A DNA stretch of 64,000 nt. Origin: an uncultured Acidobacteriota bacterium (GTDB lineage: Bacteria > Acidobacteriota > Thermoanaerobaculia > Multivoradales > UBA5704). The stretch's first letter is position 1. Every line of letters begins with the position of its first letter. The stretch spans positions 3,776,001-3,840,000 of the forward strand of contig CAVYRF010000002.1 of NCBI GenBank assembly GCA_963770895.1, written 5' to 3'. The translations under genes were made by a program, and so were the position numbers. Shown piece by piece: positions 1 through 10,164 of this stretch. A model generated the notes under the pieces. It made no database searches, had not been told where the DNA came from, and saw nothing but the letters and a program-made list of their open reading frames with translations.

Positions 1-1800
1 CCCGATACCGCGACCCAGATGCTGATGACGCCGGCCTATGCCAGTCCCGAGCAGTTGAGCGGCGGACCGATCACCACCTCGACCGACGTGTACGGGCTGG
101 GATTGCTGCTGCACCTGCTGCTGATCGGCCGCCTGCCGCTGCGCCCGTGGCAAGTGGAAGGCGCCGGCGCCCAGGGTGACACCACGGCACCGGCAGATGC
201 GGCGCCGCCGCGGCGGGAGGCCGGCGGCAAGGAGCCGCCGCGATTGCGCGGCGACCTGGCCAGGATCGTCGCCATGGCGCTGCAGCACGATCCGGCCAAG
301 CGCTATCCCTCGGCGCAGGCGTTGGCCAACGACATCGGGCGCTATCTGTCCGGCCAGCCGGTGGCGGCGCGCGAAGACAGCTGGGGCTATCGCACCGCCA
401 GGTTCGTGCAGCGCCATCGGGCGGCAGTCGCCGCGGCGGCGCTGATGCTGGCGCTGATCATCGGGGCTGGCATTACCACCGCCCTGTCGCTGCGCAAGTC
501 GATTCTCCAACAGCGCCGCGCCGAGGCGATCTCCTCGTTCCTGGAGCAGCTGTTCGCCATCCCGGACCCCAGCCGGTCCCGCGGCGGAACCGTCACCGCG
601 CGGGAGGTGCTCGATCGCGGGTCGCGGGACATCCAAAACAAGTTGCAGGATCAACCCGAGATCCGTGCCGCGCTGATGGAGACGATGGTCAAGGTGTACG
701 AAAACCTCGGTCTCTACAGGCCGGCGCTCGACCTCGCTCAGAAAACGGTGGCGCTGCGCCGACAGACCCTGGGCCATGACGACCCCGATCTGGCGGACAG
801 CCTGCACAGCCTGGCCAGCGCGCTGCGTGAGTTGGGTGACAACGGAGCTGCCGAGCCCTACTTGCGTGAGGCATTGACGATCCAGCACCGCCACGCCCAC
901 GGCGACGATCCCGAGCTTGCGCGAGGCATGAACAACTTCGCCTCGCTGCTGCAAGACAACGGACATTTCGCCGAAGCAGAGCATGTGTATCGCGACGCTC
1001 TGGACATGAAGCGGCGCCTTAACAAGGGCGACAACGAGGACGTGGCGATGGGTCTGCACAACCTCGCCGAGTTTCTGGCATGGGATCGGAAGAACTATGC
1101 CGCCGCCGAGCCTCTGTATTGGGAATCCATTGCCATGCGCCAGCGGCTGGTGGGACCGGCACCCGACCCCCGCGTCGCCAAGACCTTGAACGACCTGGGG
1201 AACCTGTACCAGGACAAAAAAGACCTGATCGGCGCCGAGCGGCTCTACCGGCAGGCGCTCGCCATGCGTCTGGCGCTCAATAAGAACAGCCCCGAAGTGG
1301 CTCGCACCCTTAACAACCTGGCATCGCTGCGCCTGCAGCGCGGCGATGCGCGCGATGCGCAGACGCTGTTCCAGCGGGCGCTGGACGTCTACGACCAGGG
1401 TCACCTGGATCAACATTCTCTCGATCACGCCGTCATCTTGCGCAATCTTGCCGACCTGTTGTGCCGCCAGGAACCGGCGCAAGGCGAGCCGCTGGCGCGC
1501 CAGGCGCTGTCGGCCTGGCAGCACGCCAAACCCGGTAATTGGCGCATCGCCGACGCCGAAAGCGTGTTGGGTAGCTGTCTGGCCGGCCTGCACCGCGAGG
1601 CGGAGGCCGAGCCGCTGGTGAGCGCCGGCTACAAGCACCTGGCGGCGCAGCGCGGCGCCGACGATATGTACACGCAACAGGCGCTGGTCCGCGCGCAGGC
1701 GTTTTATGCGACGCGGCCCGCCGACGAACGGGCGCGCGCCACGCGCTCCCTGATGCAGGCTGCTGCCGCGGCGCCGGCAGCGTCTCCTTCCTCTCGCTGA
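1..1800 (+). CDS. Ser/Thr protein kinase with TM helix and C-terminal TPR repeats (5' truncated by window edge)
   Basis: Kinase C-lobe motifs [22 protein letters not shown]; hydrophobic segment [17 protein letters not shown]; repeated ALNNLA..AE.LYRQAL TPR units. Confidence 0.9.
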   Translation, partial: PDTATQMLMTPAYASPEQLSGGPITTSTDVYGLGLLLHLLLIGRLPLRPWQVEGAGAQGDTTAPADAAPPRREAGGKEPPRLRGDLARIVAMALQHDPAKRYPSAQALANDIGRYLSGQPVAAREDSWGYRTARFVQRHRAAVAAAALMLALIIGAGITTALSLRKSILQQRRAEAISSFLEQLFAIPDPSRSRGGTVTAREVLDRGSRDIQNKLQDQPEIRAALMETMVKVYENLGLYRPALDLAQKTVALRRQTLGHDDPDLADSLHSLASALRELGDNGAAEPYLREALTIQHRHAHGDDPELARGMNNFASLLQDNGHFAEAEHVYRDALDMKRRLNKGDNEDVAMGLHNLAEFLAWDRKNYAAAEPLYWESIAMRQRLVGPAPDPRVAKTLNDLGNLYQDKKDLIGAERLYRQALAMRLALNKNSPEVARTLNNLASLRLQRGDARDAQTLFQRALDVYDQGHLDQHSLDHAVILRNLADLLCRQEPAQGEPLARQALSAWQHAKPGNWRIADAESVLGSCLAGLHREAEAEPLVSAGYKHLAAQRGADDMYTQQALVRAQAFYATRPADERARATRSLMQAAAAAPAASPSSR

Positions 1801-1816
1801 TCTTTCGGCGCCGCGC

Positions 1817-1889
1817 CGTCGGCGCGCCTGGCCCGCGCCGCCGAATGGCGGCGCCAACCACTACCGATTCCTCGGATACAGGGCACTAG
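1817..1889 (-). repeat. Dispersed palindromic (REP-like) repeat, copy 1
   Basis: Reverse complement aligns ungapped over 73 bp with 44509-44581, with a 40-bp identical core containing the hairpin GCGCCGCC-ATTC-GGCGGCGC. Confidence 0.8.
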
Positions 1890-1900
1890 CCGGCGGCGGC

Positions 1901-1940
1901 CGCGACGTCGCCGCCCATGCCGCGACGTCGCCGCCCATGC
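1901..1940. repeat. Perfect 20-bp tandem duplication
   Basis: CGCGACGTCGCCGCCCATGC twice. Confidence 0.85.
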
Positions 1941-2094
1941 CGCGGCGCCGCGCGCGTTGCGGCCTTTCCGCCATAAGCCAGAAGCTGCCGTTACAACCCC
2001 ATTGGAGGGCGATGCGGAACGCCTTTCCGATCGGGGATCCCCAGACCCGCAAGACGTCGTGCCACAAGACCCTGAGTGGTCTGAGGGAGAAAGT

Positions 2095-2793
2095 ATGCGC
2101 CTGCGCCTCGTGCATCATCAAAAGGTTTCTTTTGCGATCGCCGCCGCCGTCCTGGCGGCCAGCCTGACCACTGCCGCCACCGCCGCGACCCGGCGGCCGG
2201 TGGCCCCCGCCGATACCCAGGAGTGGGGCAACGACATCATTCGCGTCAGCTCGGCCGATCCCGGCACGGCGGCGGTCGGGCCGTCGGGGGCATCGATCGC
2301 CAGCACCTCGGGAGGCGGTGACGACATGTCCGCCGTGCACCGCCGCACGCCGGGCGCCAGGACGGCGGACACCACTCCCACCGCCGACTACTGTCTGGAG
2401 CTGGACCTGTCCGACGATTCGTCGGGTCCCTATGTCGTGCAGCTGTATCTCGACACTTCGGACGACGAATCCACGGCCGCGGTACGGCGGCGGGCGCGCA
2501 GCGCCAAGCGCCTGGCCACCCTGCACCACACCTCGCCGCAGGACGATACGCTGAGCCTGACCTTCAACCTTGACACCACCGCCGCCGGCACGGTGCTGAC
2601 CACCGGCGACATCGGTCTGATCGGGGCGATCTACGATGGCGACGACACTCTGGTGGCATCCGACGACGATTCTGGCGACCGCATCTCGGCGAGCCTTGCC
2701 AGCGGTTCGTACACTCTGGTGATCCAGGGAGGTGACCAGCTTGCCGGCGACTACGTGGTGACCGCCTCGCAGGGAACCTGCAGCGACGACTAG
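2095..2793 (+). CDS. Secreted protein with a PPC (pre-peptidase C-terminal)-like domain
   Basis: GAGGGAG RBS before ATG 2095; signal peptide; C-terminal LVASDDDSG..ISASLASGSYTLVI..GDY pattern. Confidence 0.65.
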   Translation: MRLRLVHHQKVSFAIAAAVLAASLTTAATAATRRPVAPADTQEWGNDIIRVSSADPGTAAVGPSGASIASTSGGGDDMSAVHRRTPGARTADTTPTADYCLELDLSDDSSGPYVVQLYLDTSDDESTAAVRRRARSAKRLATLHHTSPQDDTLSLTFNLDTTAAGTVLTTGDIGLIGAIYDGDDTLVASDDDSGDRISASLASGSYTLVIQGGDQLAGDYVVTASQGTCSDD

Positions 2794-2834
2794 CAGATCG
2801 CTCCAACCATCATCACCTGTAGTTGTCGGTTGGG

Positions 2835-2870
2835 ACCGGCCGCGCCGAGGGTGCGGCCGGTTTCTTTTTT
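2835..2870 (+). terminator. Rho-independent terminator
   Basis: ACCGGCCGCGCC-GAG-GGTGCGGCCGGT stem followed by TTCTTTTTT. Confidence 0.85.
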
Positions 2871-2978
2871 GGGCCGGCCGGGGCAGCGCGCCGAGCGCTT
2901 GCTTGATCGTTGTTGCGTGCATGCGGCAAGGCATGCGTGTTGACTTGCGACGCTGCGACAAGTGCTAAGATTATTGAA

Positions 2979-4130
2979 ATGGTTACGCCACGGGCGCGAC
3001 TGTTCACCGAGTTCGTCCGCGCCCTGGCTGCCGGCGTGCCGATGGATGGCGGCCGGCTGCACGAGCTGCGCAGTGCGCTCCAGGCAGCGCTGCGCAGCGA
3101 GATGCGGCGCCGGGGGCTGTGGGACAGCCCGCCCGGCTACCTGGGAATCTACGGCTGGCGGACCTGGAGCGAGAGCTCGGCGAGCGGCGGCAGCCCGCTC
3201 GAAGAGCTGCTCGACGAATGCTACACCTACATCTTCGTCGACCGCTTGCGCAGCCTCACGGCTCAGCTTGCGGTCAAGGCGAACGTCGACGGGCTGGTAT
3301 TCCTCGATATCAAGCACTTCTTGCACGAACGTCAAAAAGAGCACGATCCGCTGGGCTTCCGGGTCTTCGAGATGGTCTGGGCCGCGGTGCAGCACTGCCT
3401 TGCCGAAGGCCTGCTGCTGCTGATCGAAGGCGACCAAAGAGTCCGCAACGACACGGTCCTGGGCTTTGACGCCGGCGCGCCGCCGCCGCAACAGCCGGTC
3501 GGGCTGCGCGCGTGGGCGGCACGGATCGATGACGAGTTGCTCCCCGATCTGATCACTGCGCGCGGCGAGCGCCGAGATGAGGTAATATTAGAACTGGCGC
3601 GAAATCTGAGCGTTTTGCACCGAGAGGGGGTGACCGTCTTCCGCTTCAAAGACCTGATCGATCCATTCAAGGACGATGTGCGCGATCGCTGGGCGGCGAT
3701 CCTGCGCGCCGAGGGCGGCCGTGAGGTCGAGGACGGCGACGACGCCCTGTCGGCGGCATGGGTCGAGCGCCCGGGAGTGCAGTACGAGGCGCGCGAAAGC
3801 TTCCGCGCCCTGGTCACGTGCGTGCTGCAAGGGCTTGAGCGGCTGGACGTGCCGGCAATGACTCGCACGTACCTATCCACGCTGTGGCAGTACCTGCGCC
3901 TTTACAGCGTCGAAGGCGGCGGCGACCCGGCTGCAGGCGCCGCCGCGGCGCAGCCGGCGGATTCTCAGGTGCGCCGGCGGCGCCGCTCGGGGCGCCCTTC
4001 GGACCGCACTCTCGCCGATCTGCTGCACATCCCGCGCGATCAATTGCCGCAGCTGTTCGCCACGCTCGGCCGCCTGGTTCAGGGATGCAGGTCGAGCGAC
4101 GGCGCGCGCGTTCGGGAACTGACGGCATGA
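2979..4130 (+). CDS. Hypothetical protein, divergent sigma-factor-like, with a C-terminal HTH-like segment
   Basis: Long ORF; TGC-TAAGAT extended -10 7 nt before ATG; C-terminal PSDRTLADLLHIPR; ATGA overlap with next gene. Confidence 0.6.
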   Translation: MVTPRARLFTEFVRALAAGVPMDGGRLHELRSALQAALRSEMRRRGLWDSPPGYLGIYGWRTWSESSASGGSPLEELLDECYTYIFVDRLRSLTAQLAVKANVDGLVFLDIKHFLHERQKEHDPLGFRVFEMVWAAVQHCLAEGLLLLIEGDQRVRNDTVLGFDAGAPPPQQPVGLRAWAARIDDELLPDLITARGERRDEVILELARNLSVLHREGVTVFRFKDLIDPFKDDVRDRWAAILRAEGGREVEDGDDALSAAWVERPGVQYEARESFRALVTCVLQGLERLDVPAMTRTYLSTLWQYLRLYSVEGGGDPAAGAAAAQPADSQVRRRRRSGRPSDRTLADLLHIPRDQLPQLFATLGRLVQGCRSSDGARVRELTA

Positions 4131-5119
4131 GGGTCGCCGCTCGCGGCACCACTCCGCGCGAGCCCCGCGCCGATCCTGCCGGCGTGCCGGGTGCGCCCGG
4201 CGATCTCTTCGTCTTGCGGCAGACGGCGCACTGCCCGTTGGAATGGGCGGTGGTGGGCAGCGACGGCGGCTCTCCCGCCCGGCTGCAGGTGGTTCCCGCC
4301 GACACCCATCCGGCGGCGGGCAGCGCCGACGTCAGGGTTCCGGCGCGCGCTGCCTCCGGCCCGCTCAGCCTGCGCTGCGGCTTCGCGCTTTGGGTGCCCG
4401 CGGCCTTTCTGAGCCAGGGCGTGCGGAGCGGCCGCCTGGACGATGCGGCACTCGCCCAGGCGCAACGCCGCATCGCGGACCTGCAGCAGGGGAACCCGAC
4501 CGGTACGCCGCTGGACCGCGAGGCGGAGGGCGACCCTGAATACCTGGATTGGATGAACGACAGCGTCGAACCGGCGGCGGCGGCGATGCGCGCCGCCAGA
4601 GCGGATTGGGAAGCCGCACGCGGCGCCGGGCGGAACCAGGTCGCCATGCCGCACCGCCTGCCGCTGCAAGCCAGCTCGTGGGCCGCCGCCGCCCTCCTCC
4701 TGGTTGCGCTTGGGCTGTCGTGGACGACCTTTTCGCTGCAGCGCAAGATCGACGGGCTGTCGCAGCCGCTCTTCGATCTGCCGAACGGCGAAATCACGTT
4801 CGGCTCTCCCACCCGCGGCCCCGACGCCGGTTCCCTGGTCCTGACGGTGCCGCCGCAGACCGGTCACGTCCTGCTCACCCTCGTGATCGGCCCCAAGGTG
4901 CCAACCGGCGGCGCCGGCCGCTTGGAGATCCAAACCCTCCAGGGCGCCGCAATCTGGCACAGCCCGCCGTTCCAGCTCAAGGCCAGCGCCGAGATCAACA
5001 TGGTGGTGTCGCGCGCTCTGCTGCCCGACACGTCCTATCGCCTCGCCCTGTTCGGCCAGGGCGGGGACCGCACCGATCCGCTGGAGATTTACAACCTGGA
5101 GTTTGCGCCCCCGCACTAG
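4127..5119 (+). CDS. Single-TM hypothetical protein (anti-sigma-like topology)
   Basis: Coupled ATG 4127; central TM WAAAALLLVALGLSW; beta-rich C-terminal domain. Confidence 0.6.
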   Translation: MRVAARGTTPREPRADPAGVPGAPGDLFVLRQTAHCPLEWAVVGSDGGSPARLQVVPADTHPAAGSADVRVPARAASGPLSLRCGFALWVPAAFLSQGVRSGRLDDAALAQAQRRIADLQQGNPTGTPLDREAEGDPEYLDWMNDSVEPAAAAMRAARADWEAARGAGRNQVAMPHRLPLQASSWAAAALLLVALGLSWTTFSLQRKIDGLSQPLFDLPNGEITFGSPTRGPDAGSLVLTVPPQTGHVLLTLVIGPKVPTGGAGRLEIQTLQGAAIWHSPPFQLKASAEINMVVSRALLPDTSYRLALFGQGGDRTDPLEIYNLEFAPPH

Positions 5120-5421
5120 TTCTAGCTGCCCGCGCGTCGCAGCCCTGCGCGGGGCCGCCGACGACCTCGATCTGTAACCGGGACGGGCGGAAAAGGAAGC
5201 GGTCCAGGCGGCGATCCCTGCAAATATCCCTACCCGCCCGGACCTGCTTCCGAAAGGCGCGCCATCCAAGCAACGCGACAACCAGCGCCACAACGGCTCA
5301 TCTCCGCAAGGCCGCCGCCGTTGCCGGTGGGGCGCCGCGCACCCGTCGAGTGGCCGCCGGGCGATCGGAGCGATACCCATCCGGCTTTTGCTGGCTCGGA
5401 ATTCCACATAGACTGCGGTGC

Positions 5422-5979
5422 ATGAACCATATCTTCCCCTGGGTCTCGGCTGGTTCGCCCGCGGCGATCGTGGTGGGCCTGGTGCTGCTGCTGTTGGGGC
5501 GGCGGCTGTTCTGGCTGTTCGTCGGTGTGGTCGGGTTCATGGCGGGCTGGTACTTCGTGATGGGGTCCTGGAACCACGCGCCGGGCGGGACGCAGCTGCT
5601 GCTGGCCCTGGGTGCCGGGGTGCTGGGAATCATCCTGGCGCTGGTGGCGCAAAAGATCGCCGTGGCGCTGGCAGGGTTCGCCGTGGGATGGTCGGCGGCG
5701 GCCTGGCTGCTCGGGTGGCAGGCGATGATGCTGCGCCCCGGCCAGCTGGCCGTGCTGGTGGCGGCCGGCGTGATCGCCGCGGTGCTGGCCGTGGTGGTGT
5801 TCGATTTCGCCCTGATCTTCTACTCGGCGCTTGCCGGGGCCAGCCTGATCGTGGAACATGTCCGAGCGCACCATCCCTTCAGCGGCGACGTGCGAATGGT
5901 GGCGCTGGTCGTGCTGGTGGTGATCGGCATCGCGGTCCAGATGCGCTTGCTGGAGCGAGGCCGCGCCCGCGAAGCCTGA
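5422..5979 (+). CDS. Multi-pass membrane protein (DUF4203/TM7S3-like)
   Basis: GLVLLLLGRRLFWLFVGVVGF motif; 6-7 hydrophobic helices; SALAGASLI. Confidence 0.75.
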   Translation: MNHIFPWVSAGSPAAIVVGLVLLLLGRRLFWLFVGVVGFMAGWYFVMGSWNHAPGGTQLLLALGAGVLGIILALVAQKIAVALAGFAVGWSAAAWLLGWQAMMLRPGQLAVLVAAGVIAAVLAVVVFDFALIFYSALAGASLIVEHVRAHHPFSGDVRMVALVVLVVIGIAVQMRLLERGRAREA

Positions 5980-6059
5980 TCTGCCCTCGCCGTCTCGCGC
6001 AATGGGGGGCAAGGTCTGTCGCGACAGCGCGTGCCGTCCGCGCAGTGCGCGTCGTTGCC

Positions 6060-6089
6060 TTGACAGTCTAGGCACAGTTGATCTATGCT
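6060..6089 (+). promoter_or_regulatory. sigma70-type promoter of the padR-permease operon
   Basis: TTGACA-18 bp-TATGCT. Confidence 0.6.
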
Positions 6090-6123
6090 TGCCGTACATA
6101 CCAAGGAGGCTCGACCGAACCAC

Positions 6124-6459
6124 ATGTCCCAGCAGCAGCCGCTTCCTCTTCTCCAGGGCACCCTGGATGCGCTCATCCTGAAGACCCTGAGCCGCGGGCC
6201 ACGCCACGGCTACGCGATCGCGCGCTGGCTCGAAGAGGCCACCGACGACGCGCTGCAAATCGAAGAAGGCTCGCTGTACCCGGCCCTCTATCGCATGGAG
6301 CGCCGGGGCTGGATCGAAGCCGAATGGGGCATCTCCGAGCTCAACCGCAAGGCCAAGTTCTATCGCCTCACGGCAGCCGGCCGTTCCCAGCTGGAAACCG
6401 AAACCGAACAGTGGCAAAGCTTCACCGCCGCGGTGTCCAAGGTGTTGCTGCCGGCCTGA
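6124..6459 (+). CDS. PadR-family transcriptional regulator (acidobacterial type)
   Basis: LLQGTLDALILKTL..HGYAI..EEGSLYPALYR..NRKAKFYRLT. Confidence 0.93.
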   Translation: MSQQQPLPLLQGTLDALILKTLSRGPRHGYAIARWLEEATDDALQIEEGSLYPALYRMERRGWIEAEWGISELNRKAKFYRLTAAGRSQLETETEQWQSFTAAVSKVLLPA

Positions 6460-6472
6460 CTCGTTCGACCTG

Positions 6473-9202
6473 ATGATTCCGACCGCGGGGCGCCATGGCC
6501 GCCGGCTCCGGTCGCTGCTCTGGCGTCCGGGAGTCGAAGATGAGATCGCCGACGAGCTGGCGTTCCATCTTGAGATGCGGGCGCGCGACTATGCCGCGGC
6601 GGGGCATGCACCGGCCGCGGCGGCGGTGCTCGCGCGGCGCCGCTTTGGCGACCTGGAGGGGGTGCGGGCGCTCTGCCGCGCCATCGCCAGCGGCCGCGAG
6701 CGGGCGCGGCGGCGTGACCGCTGGCTGGCCGAAGCGGCGCTGGACCTGCGGCTCGCCGCCCGGCGCCTGAGCGGCTCGCCGGTGCCGACCCTGGCCGCCG
6801 TGCTGGCGCTGGCGGTGGGGCTGGCCGGCGCCGCCGTCGCCTGGCAGGTGGCGGCAGCGGTGTTTCGCCCGCTGCCCTTTGCGGCGCCGGCCGCCCTGGT
6901 GCGGGTGCGCGAGGTGAGCGGCCAGGGGGCCGACTTCGCGGTCTCCGCTGCCGACTTCGCCGTCTGGCAGCGGCGCCATCCGGGGATGCTGGGGGTTGGC
7001 GCCTATGAGGCTGGGATCGCCAACCTCGACGGCGACGCGCCGGCAGGCGTGGCGCCGCTGGCCGTGGCAACCGCCCACGCCAGCGCGTCGCTGCTGCCGC
7101 TGCTGGGCGTGCGGCCGCAGCTGGGGCGCGGCATCGCGGTGACCGAGGCGGCGCCGCACGGCAACCACCGGGTGGCGATCCTGTCGCACTCCCTGTGGGT
7201 CGGCCGCTTCGCCGCCGATCCCAACGTGGTCGGCAGGCTGGTCGGCGTGGACGGCGAGCCGGTCCGCGTGATCGGCGTCCTGCCGGCGGAGGTGCCGGCA
7301 CCGGCCGGCGCGCAGCTGTGGATGCCGCTGCTGCCGCGCCAGCTGCAGGGAGCGCGGGCGCGCCAGCGTTTCAGCCTGGAGCTGCTGGGCCGCCTGGCGC
7401 CCGGCGTGACGGCTCGGCAGGCGGCCCAGGGCCTGGTGACTGCCGCGGCGGTCGCGGCGGTGGCCGGCGGGCCGGCGGCGGGCCGGGGAAGCGGCGTCGC
7501 GGTGCGCGTCGAACCGCTTGCCGGCGCCTGGACCGGATCGCGATGGACGCGCCGGGTGCGGCTGCTGCTGGCTGCCGCCGGGCTGCTGTGGCTGCTGGGC
7601 AGCGCCGGCGCCGCCAACCTGCTGTGGGCGCGGGCGTCGGTGCGCCAACGCGAGATCGACCTGTGCGCCGCGCTCGGCGGCGGGCGCCGCCGCATGGTGC
7701 GGCAGCTGCTTGCCGAAGGCCTGCTGGTGGCGCTGCTCGGCGCCGGCGCCGGCCTGCTGCTGGCGGGCGCAGCCGTACCGGCATTGCGCGCCGCCGGCGG
7801 CGGCTTGGCGGCGGCCGGCGACGCCGGGGGAGACATCGCGCCGCTGCCGCTGCCACAGGGGCTGGGCGCGAGCGGCGTTGCGGCCGTCCTGGCGCTGGCG
7901 CTCCTGAGCGGGCTGATGTGCAGCCTGGGGCCGCTGTCGCAGGCTGTGCGGCCTGGCATTCCGGAGACGGTGCGGCAGAGCGCGCGGCTCACCACGCGCC
8001 GCGAACGGCGGGTGCGGGATGCGGTGGTGGTGATCGAGATGGCGTTGGCGACCACGCTGCTGGCGGCCGCCGGCTTGCTGTGCTTGAGCTACCTGCGGCT
8101 GGACCGCGCCGATCCGGGTTTTGACGTCGACCACCTGCTGACGCTGCGCCTGGCGCTCAACGGCGCCGGCTATCCGCCGCCGCGCCGGCGGCAGCAGCTG
8201 CTGCGGCTCGAAGCGCGCGTGCAGGCCCTGCCCCAGGTGGCGGCAGCCGGCTTCATCAGCACCGCGCCGCTCGCCGCCCAACGCCCCAACGAGCCCTTCA
8301 CCCTCGAGCCGGGCGCCGCCGGGCCGGGTGGCGGTGCCGCGGTGCTGGCGGCGGAGTGGCGCGTGGTGACGGCGGGGCTGCTGCCGGCGCTCGGCCTGCA
8401 CCTGCAGACTGGCCGATGGCTGGGAGCGGCCGACGACGACCGCAAGCCGATGGCGGCGGTTGTGGATGCGACGGTCGCCGAACGGTGGTGGCCCGGCCTG
8501 CAGCCGCTGGGCCAGCGGTTGCGGTGGGGTGCGGCGCGCCGCGACCTGCAGGTCGTCGGGGTGGTCGGCGGGGTGCGCGACCTGGACCTGGAAGCCGCGC
8601 CGCGGCCGGTGGTCTTCCTGCCCTATGGCGCCGTCCCCTGGCGCTCCATGTCGCTGGTGGTGCGGCCGCGGTCCGGCACGTCGGCGGCCGGGCTCGCGTC
8701 GCTGGACGCCGCGGTACGGCGTGAGGTCGCGGCGCTCGACCCGGCGCTGCCGGCATCTGGCGACCAGCTGCTGGAGGCTGCCCGCCGCCAGGCGGTCAGC
8801 GGTCCGCGCCTGGGGCTCTGGCTTGTGGCGTTGTACGCCGGGGCCGCGCTGGCCCTGGCAGCCGGCGGCCTGTACGCGGCGGCGGCGGCGGCGGTGGTGC
8901 GGCGCACTGCCGAGCTGGCGGTGCGGCAGGCGTTGGGCGCCGCGCGCGGCGACGTGCTGCGGCTGGTTCTGGGGCACGGCCTGCGGCTGGCCGGCGCCGG
9001 CCTGGCGCTTGGCATCGCCGGTGCGCTGCTGTTCAATCGCCTGCTGGGCGGCCTGCTGTTCGAGCCGCTGGCGGCTGGCGCCCACCTGGCGATCTACGCC
9101 GGCACGGCGGCGCTCCTGGCCGCTGTGGCAAGCCTGGCCGCCCTGCTGCCCGCGCGCCGCGCCGCAGCCGTCGCGCCGGTTCTCGCCCTGCGCCGCGAGT
9201 AG
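6473..9202 (+). CDS. ADOP-type duplicated ABC permease (MacB/FtsX-like)
   Basis: N-terminal ELAFHLEM..ARRRFG prefix; RQREI..AALG; DPGF; ELAVRQALGA; C-terminal PARRAA..P..ALRRE. Confidence 0.88.
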   Translation: MIPTAGRHGRRLRSLLWRPGVEDEIADELAFHLEMRARDYAAAGHAPAAAAVLARRRFGDLEGVRALCRAIASGRERARRRDRWLAEAALDLRLAARRLSGSPVPTLAAVLALAVGLAGAAVAWQVAAAVFRPLPFAAPAALVRVREVSGQGADFAVSAADFAVWQRRHPGMLGVGAYEAGIANLDGDAPAGVAPLAVATAHASASLLPLLGVRPQLGRGIAVTEAAPHGNHRVAILSHSLWVGRFAADPNVVGRLVGVDGEPVRVIGVLPAEVPAPAGAQLWMPLLPRQLQGARARQRFSLELLGRLAPGVTARQAAQGLVTAAAVAAVAGGPAAGRGSGVAVRVEPLAGAWTGSRWTRRVRLLLAAAGLLWLLGSAGAANLLWARASVRQREIDLCAALGGGRRRMVRQLLAEGLLVALLGAGAGLLLAGAAVPALRAAGGGLAAAGDAGGDIAPLPLPQGLGASGVAAVLALALLSGLMCSLGPLSQAVRPGIPETVRQSARLTTRRERRVRDAVVVIEMALATTLLAAAGLLCLSYLRLDRADPGFDVDHLLTLRLALNGAGYPPPRRRQQLLRLEARVQALPQVAAAGFISTAPLAAQRPNEPFTLEPGAAGPGGGAAVLAAEWRVVTAGLLPALGLHLQTGRWLGAADDDRKPMAAVVDATVAERWWPGLQPLGQRLRWGAARRDLQVVGVVGGVRDLDLEAAPRPVVFLPYGAVPWRSMSLVVRPRSGTSAAGLASLDAAVRREVAALDPALPASGDQLLEAARRQAVSGPRLGLWLVALYAGAALALAAGGLYAAAAAAVVRRTAELAVRQALGAARGDVLRLVLGHGLRLAGAGLALGIAGALLFNRLLGGLLFEPLAAGAHLAIYAGTAALLAAVASLAALLPARRAAAVAPVLALRRE

Positions 9203-9240
9203 CGGCCATTACCTGGCGGCGCCGTTTGCCGCGGTCACCG

Positions 9241-10014
9241 TCAGTGCCGCGGCGCGTCCGCGGGAGCGTCGGCGGCCACCAGGAGGCCGAGGTGCTCGAT
9301 CAGCTCGGTCAGGAGCGCAAGGTATTCGGCCAGGTGCTCACGCACGGTGGCGTCGTCGGGGCGGCGCGCGAGCCCCCGCAGCAGGGCCATCTTTTCGAGC
9401 GCGTCGGGTTGGATGTGCAGGGCCTCGGCGGCCGTGCGCAGCAGCTCGGGGCGCGGGCAGGCCGGCGAGGCGCCGCCGGCGTGGGCCACCATTTCGACGA
9501 TCGCCAGGAGCCGTGGCAGGCCCTGGACGATGCCCGCCCACAGTTGATCGGGGGTGGCGCCACGGTCGAGGATACGATGGCGCAGGCGCAGCTCGACGCC
9601 GCGTAGCTCCTGGAGAGCGGCAAAGCGCAGGCCGGGCGGCGCGATCTGCAGCCGTTCCAGGTGCACGTCGCCGTAGAGCACGCGATGGGTGAGGCGGACC
9701 TCCAGCAGGCGGGCGGGAAACAGCTCGGCGTCGCTGCGCAGCTCGGCGGGGGTGGCGACGAACGACGCCACCTGCGACTGGCGCTGGGCGGAGGTGAGGA
9801 TCGGCGCGATCGGCAGCAGCGCCGTCAGCACCGCGTCCGCCAACACCACCAGGACGTTGGTTTCCGCCGCTCCCGAGGCGGCGCGGTTCTTGGCGGGTGT
9901 GCCGTAGACCGCCACCCCCAGCAGGTTTTCGCCGGCGGCTTCGCGCAGGCGTTCGACGAGACGGTCCAACATGCGCGCGGTGGCTTCTTCCGGCGATAAG
10001 CCCGTTTTGGGCAA
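9241..10014 (-). CDS. Nucleotidyltransferase-fold hypothetical protein (catalytic motif degenerate)
   Basis: GGAGGA RBS before TTG 10014; NLLGVAVYGT..ETNVLVVL resembles the Pol-beta YGS..DxD region. Confidence 0.65.
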   Translation of the reverse strand: MPKTGLSPEEATARMLDRLVERLREAAGENLLGVAVYGTPAKNRAASGAAETNVLVVLADAVLTALLPIAPILTSAQRQSQVASFVATPAELRSDAELFPARLLEVRLTHRVLYGDVHLERLQIAPPGLRFAALQELRGVELRLRHRILDRGATPDQLWAGIVQGLPRLLAIVEMVAHAGGASPACPRPELLRTAAEALHIQPDALEKMALLRGLARRPDDATVREHLAEYLALLTELIEHLGLLVAADAPADAPRH

Positions 10015-10164
10015 GCTTGTGTCCTCCTGGTTTTCTAACGATGTTAGCAGTTGAGCCCGGTCGCTCTCACTTTCGGGGCCGATTCCGCGATGCCCGGTTG
10101 TCGCTCCCCATAGATAGGGTGCGCCGAGGCGGGCGATGTTCCCAGTCTGGGGTAGAGTTTGGGC

